A program made the translations under genes and the position numbers. A DNA stretch of 64,000 bases from Patescibacteria group bacterium (GTDB lineage: Bacteria; Patescibacteriota; Patescibacteriia; UBA2196): assembly GCA_028748975.1 (NCBI GenBank), contig JAQTPI010000005.1, positions 8,933 to 72,932 on the forward strand, written 5' to 3'. The notes beneath the pieces were generated by a model. That model was given only the letters and a program-made list of their open reading frames with translations. It made no database searches and was not told where the DNA came from. The stretch's first letter is position 1; the number at the start of each line of letters is the position of its first letter. Below are positions 44,661 to 52,875 of the stretch, piece after piece.

Positions 44661-44732
44661 AGCGGGTGAGCGGAATTGAACCGCCTTCCTTAGCTTGGGA
44701 AGCTAATATAATAACCGTTATACGACACCCGC
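44661..44732 (-). tRNA. tRNA-Gly (anticodon CCC)
   Basis: acceptor gcgggtg/cacccgc, anticodon stem ttagc/gctaa loop ttCCCaa, T-loop ttcaatt. Confidence 0.7.
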
Positions 44733-44779
44733 GACATAAAATTTTCAATTTTTAATTTTTAATTTTTAATAAAAAAATT

Positions 44780-45163
44780 TTATTCGCGTGTAAACACATA
44801 CTCCACCCACTTCTGCCAATTTGGCCGCGTATCTTTTAAGGTTTGATTTTTACTATTTTCATCGCGATTGATGATAATCACCCCCTCCCCTTCTTTTTTA
44901 TAATTTAAATTCTGGCGAGCTTGGAGTTCCAAATAATCTTTGCTTTCAGAATAACTTAAAAGCCGCGCTAACTCCAAATTAGAAGTTTCCAGTTTTTGCG
45001 CTTCCAGACGCAATTCATTCAGGCGGGAATTGATTTTTCCTTGCCGCCTGTTTTCCTGAAAAAAAGCCAGGCCAATAAACAATGCCAAAAGCAGCGCCAA
45101 TAAAATAAATTTACCGGAATAAAAAAAGCTGACAAATTTAGATTGCGTTTGGTGATGATACAT
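44780..45163 (-). CDS. FtsB/DivIC-like septum formation initiator
   Basis: single TM then coiled coil, 127 aa. Confidence 0.55.
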   Translation of the reverse strand: MYHHQTQSKFVSFFYSGKFILLALLLALFIGLAFFQENRRQGKINSRLNELRLEAQKLETSNLELARLLSYSESKDYLELQARQNLNYKKEGEGVIIINRDENSKNQTLKDTRPNWQKWVEYVFTRE

Positions 45164-45177
45164 AGCAACAAGTAGTT

Positions 45178-45310
45178 TATCTTGAGCGGAGCAAGAGATT
45201 TTGTCGATTACTAAATTATTTATTAACGAATTATAAATTAACGGATTATTTTATCAACGAGATCCCTCCGCTCGTCCCGAAGCCTCGGGACTCAGTCGGG
45301 ATAAACTGCT
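45178..45310. mobile_element. MITE-like element
   Basis: ...cgagatccctccgctcgtcccgaagcctcgggactcagtcgggataaactgc. Confidence 0.55.
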
Positions 45311-45419
45311 GGCTTTTTAAATCGCCACTACCCAGGCCAACATACTAATGATAACAAAAAAAGAGATGATGATCCAGAAAATTTTAATTAATTTTTTGCG
45401 TTTTATTTTCATAACAATG

Positions 45420-45557
45420 AGTAATAAAGATATAGGGAAATAAGGATATAGGGATATAAGTTTGATTTTTTATTTCCTTATATCCTTATATCTTTTATTA
45501 TTTTAAATTGAGATTCCTCGGCTCTCCCGAGTACTCGGGATCGCTCGGGATAAACTG
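45420..45557. mobile_element. MITE-like element with AT-rich core
   Basis: taaagatatagggaaataaggatatagggatataag...ttccttatatccttatatc...gagattcctcggctctcccgagtactcgggatcgctcgggataaactgc. Confidence 0.6.
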
Positions 45558-45565
45558 CGGTAGAA

Positions 45566-47404
45566 TTATCTCTTTAACACCGACAAATATGCTTCCGCCG
45601 GAATATCAACTCTCCCCCGCCCCAGGGCTTTCATTTTTTTCTTGCCTTTTTTCTGTTTGTCCAAAAGTTTGTTTTTGCGCGAAACATCGCCACCGGAAAG
45701 AGTGCCGATGACGTCTTTGCGATACGGCGCCACGCGCGAAGAAGCAATAACTTTGCCGCCTTTTTGCTTGCCAATGTTTTGATAGCCGAGCGTGGCCTGA
45801 ATTTTGATTTCAAACATCTGCTTGGGCAAAGTGTCTTTCAAGGCATCCACGATTTTTCGGCCGACTTCATAGGCCGAATCGCGATAGACAATCGTGGCCA
45901 AAGAATCTATCATTTCATCGGCGACCACAATATCCAATCTTTCCACTTCGCAGGGACGATAACCGATTAAATCATAATTAAGCGAGGCATAGCCGGAAGA
46001 AACGCTTTTTAATTTGTCATAAAAATCAGTCAAAAGCGAGGCCAAGGGCAATTCATAATGCAAATTGAGGCGGTTTTCCGACAAGTAGGTGGTGTTGATG
46101 TAGCTGCCGCGTTTTTCCGCCACGAGCTGCATAATTCCGCCAAGATATTCTTTGGGTGAGATGATGTCAATTCTGACCCAGGGCTCTTCCACCGCGATAT
46201 TTTGCAGATTATTGGGTAGTTCCTGCGGCGAACGAATAATTTTTTCTTTGCCATTTTCAATTAATTTGTAGGCGACGCTTGGTACAGTAACCATCAAATC
46301 CAATTTATGTTCACGGTGCAGGCGTTCCTGAATTATTTCCAAATGCAAAAGACCTAAGAATCCGCAGCGGAAACCCGGGCCGAGCGCCGGCGAATGTTCG
46401 GGCTCAAAACTTAAAGAAGCATCAGTCAGTTTTATTTTTTCCAAGCCCTCGCGCAAATCTTCAAATTCAATTCCTTCTTTGCAAAAAAATCCAGCAAAAA
46501 CCATGGGCTTAATTTCTTTATATCCCGGCAAAGCCAAAGATGAAAAATTTTGGTCTTCTTTATTTTTCGCTAAAGTCACGGTGTCGCCGACACGACAGGA
46601 AGAGAGTTCTTTAAAACCGGTAACAATGTAACCGATTTCACCGGCGCGCAAAATTTCGCTTTTGATTTTTTGCGGTTTGAAATAGCCGACTTCCAGAACT
46701 TCGCTTTCTTTGTTGGTACCCATGAGTAGAATTTGATCGCCGCGTTTGACTTCGCCGTTCAAAAGGCGCACATAGGCCACGACGCCGCGATAATCATCAT
46801 AGACCGAATCAAAAATCAGAGCTTGAAGTGGTTTTTCGTTTTCGCCAATTGGCGCGGGTACGTTTTTTATAATTTGCTCTAATATTTTTTCCACGTTTTC
46901 TCCGGTTTTGCCGGAAACTTTTAAAATTTCAAAATTGTCAGCCAGAGATTCAATAATCACTTCCTTTATTTCTTCCTCGGCTTCAGGCACATTGGCATTA
47001 GGCAAGTCAATTTTATTAATGACTGGGATGATTTTCAGGCCCTGGTCAGTGGCCAGGTGATAATTGGCTAATGTTTGCGCCTGTACGCCTTGGGTGGCAT
47101 CCACGAGCAAAATGGCGCCTTCCACCGCGGCGAGCGAACGGGAAACTTCATAGGTGAAGTCCACATGGCCGGGAGTGTCAATCAAATTTAAAATATATTT
47201 TTGGCCGTCTAATTCATAGTCCATGCGCACCGGTTGTAATTTGATGGTGATGCCCCGCTCGCGCTCCAATTCCATCGTGTCCAAAAGTTGGTTCATCATT
47301 TTTCTTTTTTCCACGGTTTTGGTCAATTCCAAAAAACGGTCAGCCAGAGTTGACTTACCGTGATCAATATGGGCGATGATGCAGAAATTACGGATGTTAT
47401 TCAT
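45566..47404 (-). CDS. lepA: elongation factor 4 (LepA); ORF-track N-terminal extension to 47476 probably artefact of stop-free heptamer repeat
   Basis: AHIDHGKST G1 motif at MNNIRNFCIIAHIDHGKST, full LepA architecture. Confidence 0.9.
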   Translation of the reverse strand: MNNIRNFCIIAHIDHGKSTLADRFLELTKTVEKRKMMNQLLDTMELERERGITIKLQPVRMDYELDGQKYILNLIDTPGHVDFTYEVSRSLAAVEGAILLVDATQGVQAQTLANYHLATDQGLKIIPVINKIDLPNANVPEAEEEIKEVIIESLADNFEILKVSGKTGENVEKILEQIIKNVPAPIGENEKPLQALIFDSVYDDYRGVVAYVRLLNGEVKRGDQILLMGTNKESEVLEVGYFKPQKIKSEILRAGEIGYIVTGFKELSSCRVGDTVTLAKNKEDQNFSSLALPGYKEIKPMVFAGFFCKEGIEFEDLREGLEKIKLTDASLSFEPEHSPALGPGFRCGFLGLLHLEIIQERLHREHKLDLMVTVPSVAYKLIENGKEKIIRSPQELPNNLQNIAVEEPWVRIDIISPKEYLGGIMQLVAEKRGSYINTTYLSENRLNLHYELPLASLLTDFYDKLKSVSSGYASLNYDLIGYRPCEVERLDIVVADEMIDSLATIVYRDSAYEVGRKIVDALKDTLPKQMFEIKIQATLGYQNIGKQKGGKVIASSRVAPYRKDVIGTLSGGDVSRKNKLLDKQKKGKKKMKALGRGRVDIPAEAYLSVLKR

Positions 47405-47509
47405 AAGCTTGAATATAAATAAATTATAGCTAAAATTTCTTAATTTGGCAATTGAAAGGTAATAAGTAATAAGCAACTAGTAATAAGGGGATTGTAAATA
47501 AAAGATAAA

Positions 47510-47540
47510 ACAAAAAACCGCCTTTTTTGGCGGTCTTCTT
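47510..47540 (-). terminator. hairpin terminator (T tract on minus strand)
   Basis: aaaaaaccgccttttttggcggt. Confidence 0.5.
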
Positions 47541-47544
47541 TCTC

Positions 47545-47700
47545 GCCATTTACTGGCGCAGGAATCCAGAGTTTAAAATTAATGTTTTTGAGAAGAGAGA
47601 TTTTGTTTTTTCCCAAGGCGGCGGGCGCCCGAAGGAACCGTGCCGGTGAATGGGAGTTTAATTCTAAACTCGTTTTTTGTTTTCCCGCGCCTGTAAATAA
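47545..47700 (-). ncRNA. candidate small ncRNA, long imperfect hairpin (possibly SRP/4.5S-like); strand uncertain
   Basis: ends pair (ggcgcagg/cgcgcctg; agtttaaaattaa/ttaattctaaact), apical gcgcccgaaggaaccgtgcc resembles SRP domain IV GGAAGGAAGC region; terminator adjacent on minus strand. Confidence 0.3.
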
Positions 47701-47770
47701 TGACAAATAACTGACAACTTATAATATACGACTTATAATTTTCAACTAAAGTATAGCAAAAACAATAAAT

Positions 47771-47810
47771 AGTAACAAGTAATAAGTAATAAGTAACTAG
47801 TAATAAAGAG
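47771..47810. repeat. heptamer tandem repeat (TAAYAAG)n
   Basis: agtaacaagtaataagtaataagtaactagtaataaag. Confidence 0.6.
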
Positions 47811-48921
47811 AAAGTTTGATTAATTTTGCTATAGCAAAATTAATCAAACTTAGTAATTGGGAAAGAAAATAAAAAACGGCCAAGAGTGAGGGACTCCCGA
47901 GCCGCGTGAAACTTTTAAGAAAAATTGCCTTACCGTAAAAAATTTACCTCACCGGAAATGACAATTGTTTCAGTCGTTCCCGGGAGAATTGTTGTCTCTG
48001 TATTGTTTTTTTCTTCAAAAAAATGTATGAGGCGAGTGGACGGGTTAAAATCTATTTGCCCGCTCACCACTCTCCACTCCCTACTTCCAACAGTGACTGT
48101 TCTCAACATGTTTTCCTCCAATCATTCTGAAATTGTAATTGCGGTTCTGATCTTTCCCTCACCTGACTTCCCTTTTCTTTCTAAATCGCGAGTGAACGCG
48201 ATTTTATACGCGAGTTTACGCCAAAAGAAAAAAGGATGCCGGGTGAAGGGCGACGGTGTGACGTCGCTTTGAAAAAAAATGGAAAGGGTGTTTGATATCC
48301 CAAAAGAGATAAATGGCACCAAACACCCTTTCCCCTGTCCCAGCAAATTGTTTTGACGTGCCCAAGACCGGGCCGCTACTGACACTTTGCTGGAGAAGTG
48401 GATTGAAGTCGGGAGAAAATTTACTCCTCACTCGCCTTGATGTCCTTTCGAACAGTCATAGACTAATTGCTTCAACCCCCTCATTTATAATCTTTTGAAA
48501 AATTATAAATGAGGAGGAAGAAAATTTTGGTTTATTTAAATTATTAATTTTATCAGATTATTAGATTATTAACTTGCGCCCGCGGAACTGGAGATTAGCT
48601 TTTGATGCTGCTAGAGAAAGAGCATCAAGAACCATGAAGATTATTGAAACCCCTCGCTTTTAAGCCGTCGTCTGATCTCGCGGTTTAGAGCGGAAGAGAC
48701 CTCTGGGCGATTAGCTTGGAATATGGAATATTGAAGCTAAGGCCACGAGAGCAAACGGCTTAGTAGCAAGGGGGAGCATGGTTTGTTCTGTCTGCCTGTA
48801 TTTTGCCGAAGCAAAATTATGGCAGACCAGCAACTTCGCACGAGGGAAAAATTCAGGTTGCCCCAAATTTTTCCTCTTTGAAACTGCTGGCTAATCTCCA
48901 TGTCGGCGGGGAGATTTTTAT

Positions 48922-49041
48922 CCTCCCCTTTCGAAGGGGAGGTGGGTTGAGCGGAGCGAAACCCGGAGGGGTTGTGTGATTATTTTTACCACAACCACCC
49001 CGCCTCGTTTCACTCGGCACCCCTCCTTCGAAAGGAGGGGA
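48922..49041. mobile_element. paired-hairpin element (family B)
   Basis: cctcccctttcgaaggggagg ... cccctccttcgaaaggagggg. Confidence 0.6.
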
Positions 49042-49104
49042 TATAAAAATCAAAATTTATATTTTTAACGAGCATTTTTCCAATCTCTGGCTTCTACTAG
49101 AGGG

Positions 49105-49192
49105 TGTCATCCTGATCCGCCGGCTGGCGGAGAAGGATCTCGTAGAATTTTTACGAGATTCCTCCCCCGAGTACTCGGGGTTCGGAATGACA
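49105..49192. mobile_element. MITE-like element (family A)
   Basis: gtgtcatcctgatccgccggctggcggagaaggatctcgtag...gattcctcccccgagtactcggggttcggaatgaca. Confidence 0.65.
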
Positions 49193-49267
49193 TTCGTTTG
49201 TAAAACTCATAGATTGAGGGCCGAAACGATTAATGAAATATCATTTCGGCCTGATGTGGTGATTTTA

Positions 49268-49441
49268 CTACGAGGGTAATTCATCCAATGTTTCGTGGTC
49301 CTTCATCTTGCGTAGGTCTTCACGAACCTTGCGCAAGTCTTGGCGGGTCTTTTTGTTTTCGTATGTTACATGACTTACGACTATTATGGAGCACCCACCT
49401 ATGCCCACAAGTAAAAGAACAAGCGGCACTAACATATGCAT
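49268..49441 (-). CDS. small single-TM peptide (57 aa; ORF track 49268..49507)
   Basis: MHMLVPLVLLLVGIGGCSIIVVSHVTYENKKTRQDLRKVREDLRKMKDHETLDELPS; leader ttaaaagatgggggtatgcatATG nearly identical to leader of peptide gene at 52170. Confidence 0.4.
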   Translation of the reverse strand: MHMLVPLVLLLVGIGGCSIIVVSHVTYENKKTRQDLRKVREDLRKMKDHETLDELPS

Positions 49442-49641
49442 ACCCCCATCTTTTAAATGAACTTTTTCCGACCGAGAATCGGCCGGGGAAATTTGGATGG
49501 CCACCAAAAGGAGTATTAACCTTCTTCGGTTATCCTGACCCGGAGGACAGGAGCCTTTGCCTATCCGCCCATCGCGGACATTAGAGGTGTTTCTCCTCTA
49601 ACGGCTGGTGGCCGTTAATTTTTATTTTTCTAAATTATCAA

Positions 49642-49707
49642 TTGAGAAGGCGGGATTCGAACCCGCGACCGCCTGTTCCCCGAGCAGGTGTGCTGACTTA
49701 CTCCCCA
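49642..49707 (-). other. non-canonical tRNA-like element (acceptor plus T-arm, truncated body)
   Basis: minus strand tggggag...gcggg ttcgaat cccgc cttctca a; acceptor pairs with 2 G-U; only 34 nt between acceptor and T-arm, no canonical anticodon arm. Confidence 0.35.
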
Positions 49708-50255
49708 ATCTTTTATTTTTATTTTTCCAAACCATCAATATAAATGTCTGGATTTCCGCCTAAGGTGGAAATGACAAAATTGATAACTTGGAAAAATTGG
49801 GGAAAGCTGATTCTGAGAGGCGTTATGACGCCTAGAATCTCTTTTCCCCAATGCCATTTCTAGGGCTGGCGATACCCTTATTACCCGCATACACGATGGT
49901 ATGCAACTTTGAAGCTCGGGTCGATTGGACCCTGTGAGCCACCCGCGGCAACCGCGGCCAGCTCTTTGCCCGCTTTTTTGTCTGACCTCTGACACGCGAG
50001 CTAATCAGAGGCGGATGTAATGAGAGACGGGAGAAATGGGCGGCTGATCATCGCGGTGTTCATGAAACCCGCGCGGATTTACCGGGCACTTCGCCATCAT
50101 CAACCATTTAAGAACCCAATCCTCAATCACGTCTCTCTCGAAAATGCACCGATGTTGGCAATCACCATCTTTTAGGGACGGGTCAGCCCGTTTGTCTCCA
50201 GAACAATGCCGGAGGACGGGGCTCGTAAAACGAGCGCGAACATTGGCACATTTTG

Positions 50256-50328
50256 TCGGAATGGCAGGATTCGAACCTGCGGCCCCATGCTCCCAAAGCA
50301 TGTGCGCTACCAGCTGCGCTACACTCCG
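50256..50328 (-). tRNA. tRNA-Pro (anticodon TGG)
   Basis: acceptor cggagtg/cattccg (one G-U), D-arm tagcgcagctggtagcgca, anticodon stem catgc/gcatg loop ttTGGga, T-loop ttcgaat. Confidence 0.75.
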
Positions 50329-50342
50329 AATAAATATTTTGT

Positions 50343-50468
50343 TGTCATCCCGAGCGAACAACGACCTCTCTCCATCTCTCCCCTTATTAAGGGGAGAGGG
50401 ACGAACTGTTCCCCTCTCCTTTACAAGGAGAGGGTCGGGGGTGAGGTCGTCACTCAATCGGAATGACA
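50343..50468. mobile_element. composite element (family A ends with family B-like paired hairpins)
   Basis: gtcatcccgagcgaacaacgacc...ctccccttattaaggggagag...cccctctcctttacaaggagaggg...gtcgtcactcaatcggaatgaca. Confidence 0.6.
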
Positions 50469-52056
50469 AAATAATTTATTTTTTTAAACTTCTCTAAGCC
50501 ATCAAATTTTATAAAATTACCTTGATAGCTTGGAAAAATGGCGGAGATATAGAATCGCCGCCGAGAATGACTGTTGTCGTCAACGCATTGGACCTTAAAC
50601 CTTTCACTGTCGGGTGTCCACGGATGTCGCGAATCTCTCAAACTTGAAAAAAAATCGGGTGGCGGTCGCGAGGTTGACCTGGAACCCGCACAAAGGCAGG
50701 CTCGCCACAAAGGGCGCGATCAGCGGAAAGTAGTCGGCATGTCTTAAGCCGCGCTACTATCACCGAATGCGCGCCGCCACCCGGTTCGTGCGAAAGTCCC
50801 CCGCAATTCCCTAAGAACGCCTCGGCGGGTTAATTCCCGAAGGGACTTTCCAGCACGTGCCAGGGTAAAGGACGATGAACCGCCCTGGTTCGGTTTCGGT
50901 GTTCGGCCGGCAGTTGTTGTGCCGAAGCGGCAGGCTGGGAGAAATCGGCGAAATTCCGACTCGTCCGCTACACCCGGCGCTTTTCTCGTTCGGGCCCCCG
51001 GTTTGACGTCCGCGGGGGCAGGTTCAGCCGCACTCACGATGGCGGCTTTTCGATGTGGCCGGCCGAAACACCAGTCACGGACCCGGGAGCTTTCACCCGG
51101 TTCGCTTTTTTCCACACCGGATTGGGCCGGAGGGACGCGGCGATAGGGCGAGGTTGCGGCGAACCGCTGGGGAACCATCCCATAAACCTCTGGTTTTCTC
51201 TCCACATCCTATCGTTAGTGCGTCCGCCCCCAGCCATCCGGTCCGGACAGGCATGTGCAGCGTGGCTCGCGCGGTTTGGGGCTTCAACGCAAGACGCTCC
51301 GCCCCAAATCGCAATCCGTCCAACTGCCCCACGACTGGCGCAGGGACATGCCCGCTGCTTGGCCGCCGTTGTGGCCATCGTACCCGTCCGAATCCGCCCA
51401 CGGCTTTGGCCTAGCTGAAAAGCTTTGGCCCCGATGCCGCGCGCGGAATTTTCACAGGATCTTCAATGTTGGATTCACCAAGTAACGTAGCTGCAAGCGC
51501 CCAGACGCCTGTGCAATCCCGCCAGCTTGGCGATGAGTTTGTTGGCCATGGTATGGCCTCCGTCGACAGAAATTCAAAACTAGGTTTTTCGGCCAACCAC
51601 CCACGGTATTTGGTTGCCGAATACTCTTTTGGCCTTACGCTAATTAATTTTTGCTGCCTCCGTAGAGATAGACAAAATAATTAATTAACGTTAGCGTTTA
51701 CATCCGTGGCGTAGCTGCAATCGGCCCCCCGACTGTGCAATCTCGCCAACAGATTTGTTGCGTGTCTATTGGTTTCGTATGCCCTCCTTTTCGCTTAGGC
51801 GACCCTGGCCCCACGCTGGGTTAGGTCGAGTTAAAGTAAGGATTGGCAAATTTTTTTATTTCCTCCTCTATTTAATAATTTGTTTTCGCCTTAATGGGCG
51901 AGATGTTAAGTATTAAGAAATATTAATACCCAACATGCCGACCACAGTTAATAAAAAACTCAAAACTCAATTAACAAAACTTAAGACTAATTAAGAAATT
52001 GAAATAAGGATCCTTGCCGACCAACTGTGATGGTATATCAGTCGGCAAGGATGTTT

Positions 52057-52170
52057 TTACTTTAGAAGCACCCGAGAAATTTGATCAAGTTGATAGATGA
52101 TGGTAATTAGGGCCACCACAACTAAGCCCATAAAAAACCCTATCATACGTTTCTCTGAGTTTGTCAGCAT
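52057..52170 (-). CDS. small hydrophobic peptide (37 aa), type I toxin-like
   Basis: MLTNSEKRMIGFFMGLVVVALITIIYQLDQISRVLLK; conserved upstream caaggaaaa...ttaaaagcgggggtatgca; hairpin terminator ccttgccgac..gtcggcaagg downstream. Confidence 0.4.
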   Translation of the reverse strand: MLTNSEKRMIGFFMGLVVVALITIIYQLDQISRVLLK

Positions 52171-52302
52171 TGCATACCCCCGCTTTTAAGTGAAAGATAT
52201 TTTTCCTTGTTTCAATTCCCCACTAATTGTGAAATTGAAATAAGGAACCTTGCCGGCTGAAACACTGTGATGTGTTCCGGCTGGCAAGGATTTTGAAGGT
52301 TA

Positions 52303-52467
52303 TTACAAAAGATGCAGCACCTTCATATTGAGTATTGTGATGGCCACGATTATAATCCCAATCAGCACGCCGTTTTTCATTCCTTGGGAGTAACCGTTGG
52401 TGTAACCGTCGTCATATCCCCTGCCGTAACCAATGGAAAGACCTATCCCTAAACCCATAATGACTGA
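52303..52467 (-). CDS. small Gly/Tyr-rich single-TM peptide (55 aa; ORF track 52303..52509)
   Basis: SD aaaaaaggagacaatt then MSVIMGLGIGLSIGYGRGYDDGYTNGYSQGMKNGVLIGIIIVAITILNMKVLHLL; same upstream gggaattgaaacaaggaaaa element and hairpin terminator as neighbour. Confidence 0.45.
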   Translation of the reverse strand, partial: SVIMGLGIGLSIGYGRGYDDGYTNGYSQGMKNGVLIGIIIVAITILNMKVLHLL

Positions 52468-52756
52468 CATAATTGTCTCCTTTTTTATTATGAATTTTCC
52501 TTGTTTCAATTCCCCAATATTTAATTTTAAAGGTCAGCGATTTTTTTCCGTAATACTTAAGTATAGCACAACCACAGAACTTGTCAAGTGGATAACTTAA
52601 ATAAATTCTAAAAAGGCTGTTTTTTGGCTAATTTAAGCCAAAACAAATACCCGAATTAGTACGAATTTTACCCGAATTTATCCGAATATTACGGAATTTT
52701 TAATTTTAACAAAATATTAAAAAATATCAAATTTGGGGATAAGTGGGGATGAAAAA

Positions 52757-52830
52757 GGCGGTCCGATCCGCCAGTTGGCGGATCGGACCGCCTCAAAATA
52801 TATCTTTATATCCTTATATCTTTATTTTTA
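52757..52830. mobile_element. MITE-like element
   Basis: ggtccgatccgccagttggcggatcggaccgcc...tatatccttatatctttat. Confidence 0.5.
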
Positions 52831-52875
52831 GTTTTTGTCTTCCCTTATTACTTAATTACTAGTTACTTATTACTA

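Noticed and set aside
44585-44670. taagcgggtg direct repeat at the tRNA-Gly 3' end as an att site
   Set aside because: Only 10 bp repeated, 70 bp apart, with no integrase or foreign cargo between; likely coincidental with a GC hairpin.
49735-51700. Multiple 60-150-aa ORFs on both strands (49735..49995, 50005..50469, 50744..51205, 51034..51378, 51053..51418 etc.)
   Set aside because: They mutually overlap in all frames, span tRNA-Pro and MITEs, and are Arg/Pro/Ala/Gly-rich without protein-like composition; they are artefacts of the GC-rich block.
47900-51850. tmRNA or RNase P RNA in the GC-rich non-coding regions (also 7130-7440)
   Set aside because: Searched both strands for tmRNA 5' GGGGCUGAUUCUGGAUUCGAC/tag ORF/3' TLD and RNase P GGAAAGUCCGGGC plus ACAGAACCCGGCUUA; only a weak partial resemblance (GGCAGAAACCCGCC at about 7190, minus strand) was found without the partner P4 strand; not callable.
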